Source: Thermodesulfobacteriota bacterium
Lineage (GTDB): Bacteria; Desulfobacterota; WTBG01; JAGOGO01
DNA: 32,000 bases
Assembly (NCBI GenBank): GCA_026625185.1
Contig: CP113000.1
Location: 525,622-557,621 of the forward strand
Direction: 5' to 3'
The stretch's first letter is position 1, and every line of letters begins with the position of its first letter. Both the position numbers and the translations under genes were made by a program. Below the pieces are notes generated by a model. It was not told where the DNA came from. It made no database searches and saw only the letters and a list, made by a program, of their open reading frames with translations. This document shows, in pieces, positions 7,767-15,983 of this stretch.

Positions 7767-8019
7767 GATGAATCCGTAAAAAGTCAAAAATCAGACGGCA
7801 CAGTAAAAAGCTTCAGATGCAAGGAGCGCAAATCCGACGGAATGAGGCGTACTTACCTGTACGCCGCAAATGATTCACCCCGTTAAATAAAGAATTTTCG
7901 GAGATCGGCAACTCAGAACCCGAAACCTTACGTTGGATTCTTTCTGCCTCCCGAAGCGAATATTTAACGGGGCAGGGATGCAGCGGAACGCCGCAGATGA
8001 ACTTTTTACGAAGCCGTCA
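7767..8019 (+). repeat. structured mosaic intergenic repeat, long copy 1 (253 bp)
   Basis: It starts GATGAATCCGTAAAAAGTCAAAAATCAGACGG and ends GATGAACTTTTTACGAAGCCGTCA. Its core modules are shared with 23322-23629 and 29371-29690: the GGCGTAC-ttacct-GTACGCC hairpin at 7846-7865, and the 11-bp stem CCCCGTTAAAT (7878-7888) pairing with ATTTAACGGGG (7962-7972). Its right end is 4 nt from the mutM stop codon. Confidence 0.85.
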
Positions 8020-8023
8020 AATT

Positions 8024-8866
8024 TCACTTTTGGCAGTGAGTACAGAAAGAAGCGCTTCGTCCCCCAACGCGCATACTTTTTATCGTTGTCCCGCAAGAGA
8101 AACAAGGTTTCCCTCGTCGCTGATAGACTTTAAGCTTTTTCTGAAATTTCCCCACCTTACCCAATCCATCCCGATAGCGTTTATCAGCTGCGGTAGTGCC
8201 CCGATTGTCAATAGCGTCTTTTAAGATTTTCCTGATCGAGCGGTGAAGACGTTTTATGTCATCCTCATCTAAAGTATTGGCAAGACGAGTAGGATGAATT
8301 TTCGCGTTAAAAAGGATTTCGTCGCTATAAATGTTCCCTATTCCCGCGATGCTTTTTTGATCCAGTAAAAGTGTTTTTATGACCCGCCGTGACTTTTGAA
8401 GGATGCGGGTAAGGCACGTTATGGAAAAGTCCTTTTCCAAAGGTTCCGGGCCCAAGCGGTCTAAAGTTAAGGGAGAAGATTGGAGAGAAGGAAGTTTAAG
8501 GAATATCTCACCAAATTTGCGAGGATCAATAAAACGAAGTTCTGTGCCGTTATTAAAATGAAAAACCGCTCGAGTATAGGGTTCGTAAGGGGTCCCCGTT
8601 TTTTTTAACCGCAACTGGCCGGACATCCCCAGGTGCATTACCAAACTTTTGGAAGGGATGAGGTAAAAAACCAAGTACTTAGCGCGTCGTCTAAGGAATT
8701 GAATCTTTGTTCCTTTGAGTTCCTTAATAAAATCCGGTGTGGAATGAAACCTGCGGAGAATTCTTATGTTTGAGTCAAGGGGGAAACTTACATTGGTTAT
8801 TATCTTACCAATTACCTTTGGAGCAAGATCATTTTTTATGGTTTCTATTTCGGGAAGCTCAGGCAT
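8024..8866 (-). CDS. mutM: formamidopyrimidine-DNA glycosylase (Fpg/MutM)
   Basis: 280 aa. It has the N-terminal MPELPEIE catalytic motif, an H2TH region, and a C-terminal zinc finger (CFSCG...FCTHCQK). Confidence 0.93.
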   Translation of the reverse strand: MPELPEIETIKNDLAPKVIGKIITNVSFPLDSNIRILRRFHSTPDFIKELKGTKIQFLRRRAKYLVFYLIPSKSLVMHLGMSGQLRLKKTGTPYEPYTRAVFHFNNGTELRFIDPRKFGEIFLKLPSLQSSPLTLDRLGPEPLEKDFSITCLTRILQKSRRVIKTLLLDQKSIAGIGNIYSDEILFNAKIHPTRLANTLDEDDIKRLHRSIRKILKDAIDNRGTTAADKRYRDGLGKVGKFQKKLKVYQRRGKPCFSCGTTIKSMRVGGRSASFCTHCQK

Positions 8867-9006
8867 AGTTTAGTAGGAATTTATTGGTTTGTTCGTTCCA
8901 CCGGGGGTGGCCGCAACCCCATCGGGTAGCCTTTAGCGCTGAATCCGTTTTTGTTGTGGTTAAAAAAATACGTATTATGCCGCATGAAAACAAATTCTCA
9001 AATTTT

Positions 9007-9327
9007 TTAAAGGAGCTGAATCGTGGGAGAGGTGAACGCTGAACTTTGCTTTTGTTGAGATTGATTTTTTAATTCCTGAGATTTTTGCTCAATTTCACGG
9101 AGTTGTTTTGCCAGGCGTTTTTCGCGAAAGTGTTTTTTTATTAAAAGGGGAAGAGAAAAAATTGACACAATAACGGCGCCGATTAAGACGGAACCGAGAA
9201 TTACTGCTATTTGGGAAGTCTCAAAATGCCAGAGCAAAAATTTAACCTCCAGCGGCTTTCCATTTTGTAAAGCGAAAATAGTTATTCCTAAAATCATTAA
9301 AAAGCTTAAAACTAAAGGTAAATACAT
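9007..9327 (-). CDS. LapA-domain (DUF1049-like) small inner-membrane protein
   Basis: 106 aa with two TM helices. The pattern IFALQNGKPLEVKFLLWHFETS and a basic/coiled C-terminal tail are typical of the LapA-domain family. Confidence 0.65.
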   Translation of the reverse strand: MYLPLVLSFLMILGITIFALQNGKPLEVKFLLWHFETSQIAVILGSVLIGAVIVSIFSLPLLIKKHFREKRLAKQLREIEQKSQELKNQSQQKQSSAFTSPTIQLL

Positions 9328-9434
9328 TTTCTGTCCCGTGGTGGGAAAATTATTTTTTTAAATATTTAAGCGATTCGTTAACCGCTCCCTATAGGCAAGG
9401 CATGTAAATTATGAAGAATGAGGCGCACCGGCAT

Positions 9435-10640
9435 TCAGACGCAGACGATGTCGATTGGTATGTCGGTAATCCTCTCAAGACAGTTTTTTCTCACAATGAA
9501 ATCGACCTCGATCCCTATGGCCCCCTCACCCGGGAAAACGAACTTGGGCTCGAAGGCAAAGACCATACCTTCCTTGAGAATCTGACTATGTCGTTGGGTT
9601 ATGAACGGCAGTTCGTTAATTTCAAGCCCCAAACCATGGCCGATAAAGGATACCTGCCCTTCCCCGTGCCCCAGGAAGTGCTCTTCCATACCTGACTTCT
9701 TAACCAACTGGTAGGCTCTCTTGAAAAGCTCCGTCGTGTTGACCCCGACTTTGCCGAAGTTCGACGCGTCTTCCACGATCTCTCGCGCAATCTCATAAGG
9801 CTTTTTGAACAGCTCTTTCAGTTCACCAACCACGAACACTCTCGTCTCGTCGGTGATGTAGCCGTTATAGGTGCCGCCGTAATCCACGATGACCGGAATG
9901 CCGCGCTTTACCTTGAGAAAAGACGATCCCTGGGCAATGGCAGGGTTGACGCCGGTGCCGGCGATGGAAATATCCGCATAAGAGGCAATGCCGCTCGTGT
10001 AGCCGGCGGTGACGGTTATTGCACCCGCCATCTCCTGGTTGAACCCGCGCATCCTTAGGATTCCCTGGTGGCCTTGCCTCCTCCCCTCTGCAATAAGGAT
10101 GGAATCAATTTCTATCTCGGTGACGCCTTCCCGGACTGCCTCCCTTGCCCGCTCGAAGACGCGGGAGACGATTGCTCCCGATTTCCTCATCTGCACCAGT
10201 TCGTAGGGACTCTTAACTGCCCTCAGTTCCCTGATGATGGGAGAGAGGTCTGCAAATTTGTCAAAACCGACGATGCTCTTAAACCGCTCGACGAGTGCGA
10301 AAGGAACCACGTCCAGTTCCATACCGCCTGTTCCTTTCAGTATTTTTTTCTCTTTGAGCGTTTTTTTTACATCCCTGTCGCTACTTATGGGAATGATATC
10401 GAGGGACGTATCCAGCTTTGCCCTGGCAATGCTCTTTTGTATAAAGAGGAGGGGTTCGCAGTCAAGAGCGATAACGAGCATGCCCTTCTGGATGGTGCCG
10501 GAGAAATAAAACATATCGGTATTCTGCAGGATGACGGCAAAATCGATACCCTGCTCCGCCATCATAGCCTTGATGCCGTCGATTCTCCTGATGAGTTCCT
10601 CTTTGCTGACCGGATCAAACGCCCCAAGTTGCTGCAACAT
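9435..10640 (-). CDS. M24-family metallopeptidase (Xaa-Pro aminopeptidase/dipeptidase-like)
   Basis: 401 aa with a creatinase-like N-domain. All five M24B metal-ligand positions are present (VDYGG, TDETR, IGHGLG, AFEP, GIEVD). The usually conserved second-shell His in GLExHE reads EINE here, i.e. Asn. Confidence 0.88.
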   Translation of the reverse strand: MLQQLGAFDPVSKEELIRRIDGIKAMMAEQGIDFAVILQNTDMFYFSGTIQKGMLVIALDCEPLLFIQKSIARAKLDTSLDIIPISSDRDVKKTLKEKKILKGTGGMELDVVPFALVERFKSIVGFDKFADLSPIIRELRAVKSPYELVQMRKSGAIVSRVFERAREAVREGVTEIEIDSILIAEGRRQGHQGILRMRGFNQEMAGAITVTAGYTSGIASYADISIAGTGVNPAIAQGSSFLKVKRGIPVIVDYGGTYNGYITDETRVFVVGELKELFKKPYEIAREIVEDASNFGKVGVNTTELFKRAYQLVKKSGMEEHFLGHGEGQVSFIGHGLGLEINELPFITQRHSQILKEGMVFAFEPKFVFPGEGAIGIEVDFIVRKNCLERITDIPIDIVCV

Positions 10641-11033
10641 ATTATATTACCTTACCCTCCATTTAGTATCCTACTTCCGCATCCTGACCGTAGCCGCCCA
10701 TATAAAAACGGAATCCCATCAACCGGTTTATAAACATGATAGGAGCTTTGAATATTGTCATTGCGGTGAGTATTCGCGGCGATAAATCTTTACCACTTCA
10801 GTTAGTTCTAGATTTCTCCCTTCGGTCGAAATGACATTATTGACGGTTTTTCAAAGGTCTTATAATTTCTTCGAAGTTCACTGACTGCGGCTCCGCTCAT
10901 GAACTGCGTTTGTATTTATCTTGTGTTCTGGATCCTCTAATCCTTCTTCCGAATTCTTGACAACCATTAGCTTGTCTCCGCCCGGTGAAAATCGCGTCTT
11001 GGTAACTGGATAGCAATTCATCCTGAAAGTTGT

Positions 11034-12002
11034 TCAGAAGTCATACTTTAGATTACATACAAAGAAATCAATGTCTTTGTTGACTATATTTCCAAACCTG
11101 GTATACGCTAGGGCAAGCGAGAATTCATCATTTGGGAAGAAGGCAATATTGAAATCCCAAAAAGTATTTTCATTCATTGAGCAATCTTTAAGCGGCAGGG
11201 CTCCAAATTTGTCGTTTTGTTGCCGGAATTCATAACCAAAGGCAAATTTCGGATTGGGTAGAAATTCCACCGATAGTTCTTTATTTAGAGTATAGTCTGA
11301 TGAAAAGCCCAAAAATCCAAGATAGCGTGCTCGTGTTAACCGCAAGTTACCATTGATTATGCATGGCATATTGATTATGGAGGGCAAATGAAAAAGATCA
11401 TTTATAGTCTTTGAAAAGGTAAAATCGATATCTATGCCGTGACTGTCGTCATATCCAACGGTATCCAGCGCATGGCCGATATTCTTATTCATCTCCGCAA
11501 TAGTATCATTGAATTTAAATTCAGCAGTGACGGCAAAAGCCGGGAAATATTTCATTTCCTCAATGAACAGGGTCTTGAAATGGATATTATTCATGTAGAT
11601 CGTGCCCTTTTTCACGTTAACGTCTCCATTACTATCATGCCTGAGATTGCGTCTTAGACGGTGAAAGTCAGCTATCTCGATGACATAACCAAGCTCAAAA
11701 CGCTTGAGAAACGAAAAAGCAAAGCCATTAGTATAAACATTATTTCCCCCTCCAATTAAACTCCAGTGGGAAACAGCCGGCATACCTATTAGTTTTCCTT
11801 CCTCAGGAGGATTTACAAGATATGACCCGGGAACAATGCCTCCGCCTCCAACGCCTTCAAAATCCATAAATGGAGGAGCAGCTGAGGCGGATTCACATAT
11901 CATGAATATAGATAGAAAAACTATAAACAAAAATAAATGATCTATCCATTCCTTATTCCATACCTTTTTTACTGGAAATTTCATGAGCGATGTAATAATC
12001 AT
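11034..12002 (-). CDS. secreted putative outer-membrane beta-barrel protein (DUF3034-like, assignment from memory)
   Basis: 322 aa. GGAGGG sits 5 nt upstream of the ATG at 12002. There is a signal peptide ending ...ESASA|AP. The protein has alternating amphipathic beta-like segments and a C-terminal ...LKYDF with a terminal aromatic residue, typical of OMPs. Confidence 0.65.
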   Translation of the reverse strand: MIITSLMKFPVKKVWNKEWIDHLFLFIVFLSIFMICESASAAPPFMDFEGVGGGGIVPGSYLVNPPEEGKLIGMPAVSHWSLIGGGNNVYTNGFAFSFLKRFELGYVIEIADFHRLRRNLRHDSNGDVNVKKGTIYMNNIHFKTLFIEEMKYFPAFAVTAEFKFNDTIAEMNKNIGHALDTVGYDDSHGIDIDFTFSKTINDLFHLPSIINMPCIINGNLRLTRARYLGFLGFSSDYTLNKELSVEFLPNPKFAFGYEFRQQNDKFGALPLKDCSMNENTFWDFNIAFFPNDEFSLALAYTRFGNIVNKDIDFFVCNLKYDF

Positions 12003-12249
12003 TTTATCCCTCCATTTGTTAATGTGACATTGTTACACCCTTAAGGGCACTACAAAAAATTAATTTTTTTACCAATTCAAGTTCGCCATTGTGAAGGTGA
12101 ACTAAAAAACGTAACTTTTTTGGGGGTTGAACAACATCTTGGATTTTCTAACCCAATGACAAACCACAATTTTTTTTGCTTGCAGAGAGCTAAAATGTAA
12201 AGATATAGGCGTGTAGACCTTCTTGCTCCTCCAGTTTTGAATGGAAAAC

Positions 12250-12279
12250 ATCATAAAATAATTTTCCCCCTATTGTCAA
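12250..12279 (-). promoter_or_regulatory. candidate sigma70 promoter: TTGACA, 18-nt spacer, TATGAT
   Basis: On the minus strand, TTGACA (12279-12274) and TATGAT (12255-12250) are separated by 18 nt, upstream of the beta-barrel gene. The implied 5' UTR of ~240 nt is long, so confidence is low. Confidence 0.3.
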
Positions 12280-12514
12280 GAAAATTGTATGCTTAGGTTT
12301 CATTAAGATTTAACCGACAGAGGAGAAAATTCAAATCGATTACGATTGAAATGAGCTACGGCTTACGAAATTACAATATGTTACCATATTATTTTGCAGA
12401 TGATCCCACCTTTGATACTCACTTTCCCGATAACATAGCTTTCGCTTGCAAAGGCCGGTAAAAAAGTTTACTATAAATAAAAACATATCGATCTTTTTTA
12501 AAAAAGGGGGAATT

Positions 12515-15442
12515 ATGCGAAGGATAAAAAAAATAATCCTTTGGTGTGGTGGTTTGTTAGTTCTATTTACGCTGCTGGGGTTTTTTATCCTCCCTCCGGT
12601 TTTAAAATCGGTCCTGGTAAAAAAGCTTTCAGAAAATCTCCACCGTCCGGTTACCATCCAAAAGATAAAAATCAATCCGTACGCCCTCACCCTTGATGTC
12701 AAAGGTTTTCTCGTTAAAGAACGGAGCACCCCAGAAAACTTCGTATCCTTTGAAGAAATTTTTGTAAATCTCTCAAGCCTCTCCCTTGCCAAACGAGCAG
12801 TCATTCTTGAAGAAGCTCGGATAATAAAACCCTATTTCAAGGTGGTTCGGAAGAAAGACGAGTCCTATAACTTTTCTGATCTCCTGGGGAAACCAAAACC
12901 CGAACCGGAGAAAAAAACAGAACCCGTAAGGTTTTCGCTTAATAATATTTCGATTTCCGGCGGAAGTATTGATTTTGTTGATGGTCCCAAAGATACTACC
13001 CACACTGTCAGGAATCTGAACATTACCCTCCCCTCGGTTTCGAACCGAGTATACGATATCGAGATTTTCGTCCAGCCAAAAATCTCCGCCGCCATCAACG
13101 GAGAACCCTTTTCACTCCAGGGTAAAACAAAACCTTTTGCCGATTCCCTTCAGACCAATCTTGATATCGTAATAAAGGATATTGATCTAGTCCACTACCT
13201 GCCTTACGTTCCCATGAAGCTGAACTGCAAACTGCTCTCCGGCGCCTTGAATGCAAACACAAAAATCGCTTTTATCCGGTATAAGGATAAGGGGCCGGTT
13301 CTGGACCTGACCGGAATTATCGGCCTGCGGAATATCAGTGTCGACGATCTGGAAAACAAACCTCTGATCCGTCTATCCTCGGCCAGCATTGACCTTGGCT
13401 CCCTTAAACCTTTGTCTAAAAATTTTCATATTGCCAAGGTTATCCTTCAATCCCCGGAAGTGGCAGTGAAACGGGGCAAGGACGGAAAAATTAATTTACA
13501 GTCTCTGGTCGGATCACAGGCGGAAAGACCGGTCAAAAAAGAAGCACCCGCCAGTCCACCACCGCCTAAAGACAGCGGGCTTCCGCTTCTGGTTATTGAC
13601 CAGTTCCGAATTCAGCAAGGCAAACTTTCTTTTAACGACGACATGCCCGCTGAACCCGTTACCCTCAACATAAACGACCTGACGCTTCAAGTCGACAGCC
13701 TTTCCACCGCAAAAGGAAGCAAGGCCATGCTTTCCCTTGCTATGGCGCTCGAAAAACAAGGATCCCTCTCTTTTAAAGGGTCGGTTTGTATTGATCCGCT
13801 CAATGCCGAACTGGCAATAGACACCAAAGATGTCGCCCTGGATACATTCCAGCCTTACTTTACGGATAAGATCAAGATCCATGTCACCGACGGAAAGTTT
13901 TCCACCGCCGGGAACCTTGGTTTGCTTGATGCGGGTCAAGCCGGACTGAAAATCAATTATACGGGCACTGCGCTGTTGGCTAATTTTGCTTCCGTGGACA
14001 AGGAAAACGGAAAGGATTTTTTGAACTGGAAATCGCTCTTTTTCGACTCAATAACCGCCGGGACAAATCCCCTCTCGGTTAACATCAAAGGAATCTCCTT
14101 GACCGATTTCTATTCGCGGGTGGCTGTCAACCGGGACGGAACCCTCAATGTTCAACAGGTTGTTGTGGAGGAAAAACCGGCACCCGCGTCACCCTCAGCG
14201 CAACCGGCGCCGCAAAAGCAGACTTCGTCAACAACCGGCAAAGAGACGCAGGATATAAACATAGAAAAAATCACTCTCCAGGGTGGGAGAATAGATTTTT
14301 CCGACGCAACGGTTAAACCGAGTTATTCAACCCAATTGAGAAAGCTCGGCGGAAGGATTTCCGGACTTTTCCTTGGAAAAAATAAAACCGCAGACGTGGA
14401 GCTGAGGGGGAAAATAGGTTCTGATGTCCCTCTGGAGATTGTGGGAAAAATCAACCCGGACAGCAATAATTTTTTGGTTGACCTAACCGCGAAGTTTCAC
14501 GGGATGGACCTAAGCCCCTTCACTCCTTACTCCGGGAAATATATAGGGTACACGATTGAAAAAGGAAAGCTTTCCTTGGATGTCAAATACCTCATCGTAC
14601 AGAAAAAGCTCGAGTCGCAGAACAAGATCTTTTTTGACCAGTTTACTCTCGGCGACAAAGTTGAGAGCAAAGACGCGGTCCAGCTCCCGGTGAAACTGGT
14701 GATTTCCCTGCTCAAAGACCGGGATGGCAAAATCGACCTGGATATCCCGGTCTCGGGGAATCTCGACGATCCCCAGTTCAGTGTCTGGAAGATTATCCTG
14801 AAAGTGCTCAAAAACATCATTGTGAAAGCGGTAACTGCTCCATTCGCATTGCTCGGAAGCATGTTCGGAGGAGGTCAAGATTTAAGCTACATAGAGTTTG
14901 ATTATGGAATCGCGAAGGTTAATGATGAGAATTTAAAAAAAATTGACGATCTGGTAAAAGCGCTCTCCGCCAAACCCTCGCTTCAGGTTGATATAACCGG
15001 TTATATTGATGCCGAGAAGGATCCGGAAGGTTTAAAAAATTATTATCTCAACCAGAAAGTCAAAGCGCAGAAATTACAGAAAAGCGGCAAAAAGGGCAAG
15101 GAAACATCGGTTGATAACATCACGGTGGAACCTAAGGAGTATGAAAAGTACCTAACCATGGCATATAAAGCAGCAAACTTCCCTAAGCCACGAGACTTCT
15201 TGGGCCTGTTAAAGAAGCTCCCGGTTCCGGAAATGGAAAAATTGATGCTCACCAACACCAAAATAACTGATGATGATCTTCGCGCGCTCGCTAGTCAACG
15301 CGCCTTAACCGTCAAAGAACTTATCACAAAATCAGGTCAGGTGACCGCCGACAGGATTTTTATTATTGAACCAAAGAGCCCTACCCCGGAAAAAAAAGAA
15401 AACATCAAAAACAGCCGGGTTGATTTTGGTCTGAAAAAATAA
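12515..15442 (+). CDS. DUF748/AsmA-like large envelope protein
   Basis: The ORF is open from 12446, but the ATG at 12515 is preceded by AAAAGGGGG and starts MRRIKKIILWCGGLLVLF, an N-terminal TM anchor. About 975 aa, with repeated beta-rich segments typical of DUF748/AsmA-family proteins. Confidence 0.8.
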   Translation: MRRIKKIILWCGGLLVLFTLLGFFILPPVLKSVLVKKLSENLHRPVTIQKIKINPYALTLDVKGFLVKERSTPENFVSFEEIFVNLSSLSLAKRAVILEEARIIKPYFKVVRKKDESYNFSDLLGKPKPEPEKKTEPVRFSLNNISISGGSIDFVDGPKDTTHTVRNLNITLPSVSNRVYDIEIFVQPKISAAINGEPFSLQGKTKPFADSLQTNLDIVIKDIDLVHYLPYVPMKLNCKLLSGALNANTKIAFIRYKDKGPVLDLTGIIGLRNISVDDLENKPLIRLSSASIDLGSLKPLSKNFHIAKVILQSPEVAVKRGKDGKINLQSLVGSQAERPVKKEAPASPPPPKDSGLPLLVIDQFRIQQGKLSFNDDMPAEPVTLNINDLTLQVDSLSTAKGSKAMLSLAMALEKQGSLSFKGSVCIDPLNAELAIDTKDVALDTFQPYFTDKIKIHVTDGKFSTAGNLGLLDAGQAGLKINYTGTALLANFASVDKENGKDFLNWKSLFFDSITAGTNPLSVNIKGISLTDFYSRVAVNRDGTLNVQQVVVEEKPAPASPSAQPAPQKQTSSTTGKETQDINIEKITLQGGRIDFSDATVKPSYSTQLRKLGGRISGLFLGKNKTADVELRGKIGSDVPLEIVGKINPDSNNFLVDLTAKFHGMDLSPFTPYSGKYIGYTIEKGKLSLDVKYLIVQKKLESQNKIFFDQFTLGDKVESKDAVQLPVKLVISLLKDRDGKIDLDIPVSGNLDDPQFSVWKIILKVLKNIIVKAVTAPFALLGSMFGGGQDLSYIEFDYGIAKVNDENLKKIDDLVKALSAKPSLQVDITGYIDAEKDPEGLKNYYLNQKVKAQKLQKSGKKGKETSVDNITVEPKEYEKYLTMAYKAANFPKPRDFLGLLKKLPVPEMEKLMLTNTKITDDDLRALASQRALTVKELITKSGQVTADRIFIIEPKSPTPEKKENIKNSRVDFGLKK

Positions 15443-15469
15443 TAAGTCCTTTGGTGTTATTGAAGATAA

Positions 15470-15497
15470 GTAGGGGCGAAAAATTTTTCGCCCCTAC
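15470..15497. repeat. 28-bp perfect palindrome GTAGGGGCGAAAAATTTTTCGCCCCTAC (REP-like unit)
   Basis: Perfect dyad symmetry with GTAG...CTAC ends, 28 nt after the DUF748 stop codon. It has the same architecture and length as GTAGGGACACGTTGCAACGTGTCCCTAC at 29410-29437. A second small hairpin, CCCTCTTT-ggt-AAAGAGGG, lies at 15540-15558. Confidence 0.7.
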
Positions 15498-15651
15498 GCA
15501 ACACCGCCCAAAATGGCCAAAAGGAATCTGGGACTTCTTCCCTCTTTGGTAAAGAGGGTTCGGGGAATTCGTCATTCTTCAGAAATTCAAAAAAACTCAC
15601 CTACCTATTACTATAAGCTGATAGATAGGTAAGTTTACTCCATCGAAAAAA

Positions 15652-15960
15652 TTAATATCTCCCTCTATCATCATATTCATAAGCCGGGGGTGGATAGGCA
15701 TAGTCATCGCGCGGCGGACAGCCATGATAGGACGGCGGGGGAGTAGTGATTGCGCCTAAAAAAGCGCCATATATTGCTCCTATTGCCGCGCCTGCGCCAA
15801 CATCACCGTGCGCAAGGGACGCGATTGCCGCTCCGCCTGCTCCCCCCACTAACCCACCGGCAGTCGCATTTAGTGCCATGTTTTGCTGATAGCGATAATC
15901 CATACCAGCACAGGCACTCATAAAAACCACTATAAGAAAAAGCACTAGTACCTTTTTCAT
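15652..15960 (-). CDS. glycine-zipper lipoprotein
   Basis: 102 aa. It has a signal peptide with a lipobox (VFMSAC) and a GxxxG-rich segment (GGLVGGAGGAAIASLAHGDVGAGAAIGAIYGAFLGA). It lies 23 nt downstream of the DUF3300 gene on the same strand. Confidence 0.7.
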   Translation of the reverse strand: MKKVLVLFLIVVFMSACAGMDYRYQQNMALNATAGGLVGGAGGAAIASLAHGDVGAGAAIGAIYGAFLGAITTPPPSYHGCPPRDDYAYPPPAYEYDDRGRY

Positions 15961-15983
15961 GTGTCACCTGCTCATTAATGTTC

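Noticed and set aside
7846-7865. The repeat hairpin loop reads ACTTACCTG, identical to the 5' end of eukaryotic U1 snRNA; its complement is a consensus 5' splice site
   Set aside because: This is a bacterial context, and the 9-mer is simply the loop plus stem edge of a local hairpin. I treat it as coincidence. I also considered group II intron domain V, but the hairpin is too short (20 nt against ~34 nt) and lacks the AGC triad, bulge and GNRA architecture.
7875-8224. Track ORFs inside or across the mosaic repeats (7875-8105, 7933-8133 and 7997-8224; also 23543-23761 and 29309-29554)
   Set aside because: The frames and strands differ between otherwise homologous copies, and indels between copies break them. 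None has an RBS. The sequence is better explained as a structured non-coding repeat.
8941-8960. GCTGAATCCGTTTTTGTTG as a possible solo left terminus of the repeat family
   Set aside because: Only a 9-nt identity (TGAATCCGT) is shared with the terminus. A match of that length is expected by chance at an appreciable rate in a 2 x 32 kb search, and the A-run is replaced by a T-run.
9411-9695. 94-aa plus-strand ORF at the 3' end of the peptidase gene, plus other antisense ORFs in 9599-10785
   Set aside because: They are antisense to a well-supported M24 peptidase CDS and have no RBS or recognisable motifs.
12446-12514. Upstream extension of the DUF748 ORF, and similar track starts at 19912 (GTG), 23258, 27212 (TTG) and 29340 (TTG)
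   Set aside because: In each case an internal ATG has a properly spaced GGAGG-type RBS and begins a sensible signal or TM sequence. The upstream start either overlaps the RBS itself or has none.
12340-12804. 154-aa minus-strand ORF spanning the DUF748 promoter and 5' region
   Set aside because: It overlaps the start of a strongly supported 975-aa gene on the opposite strand. Its sequence is low-complexity and has no start context.
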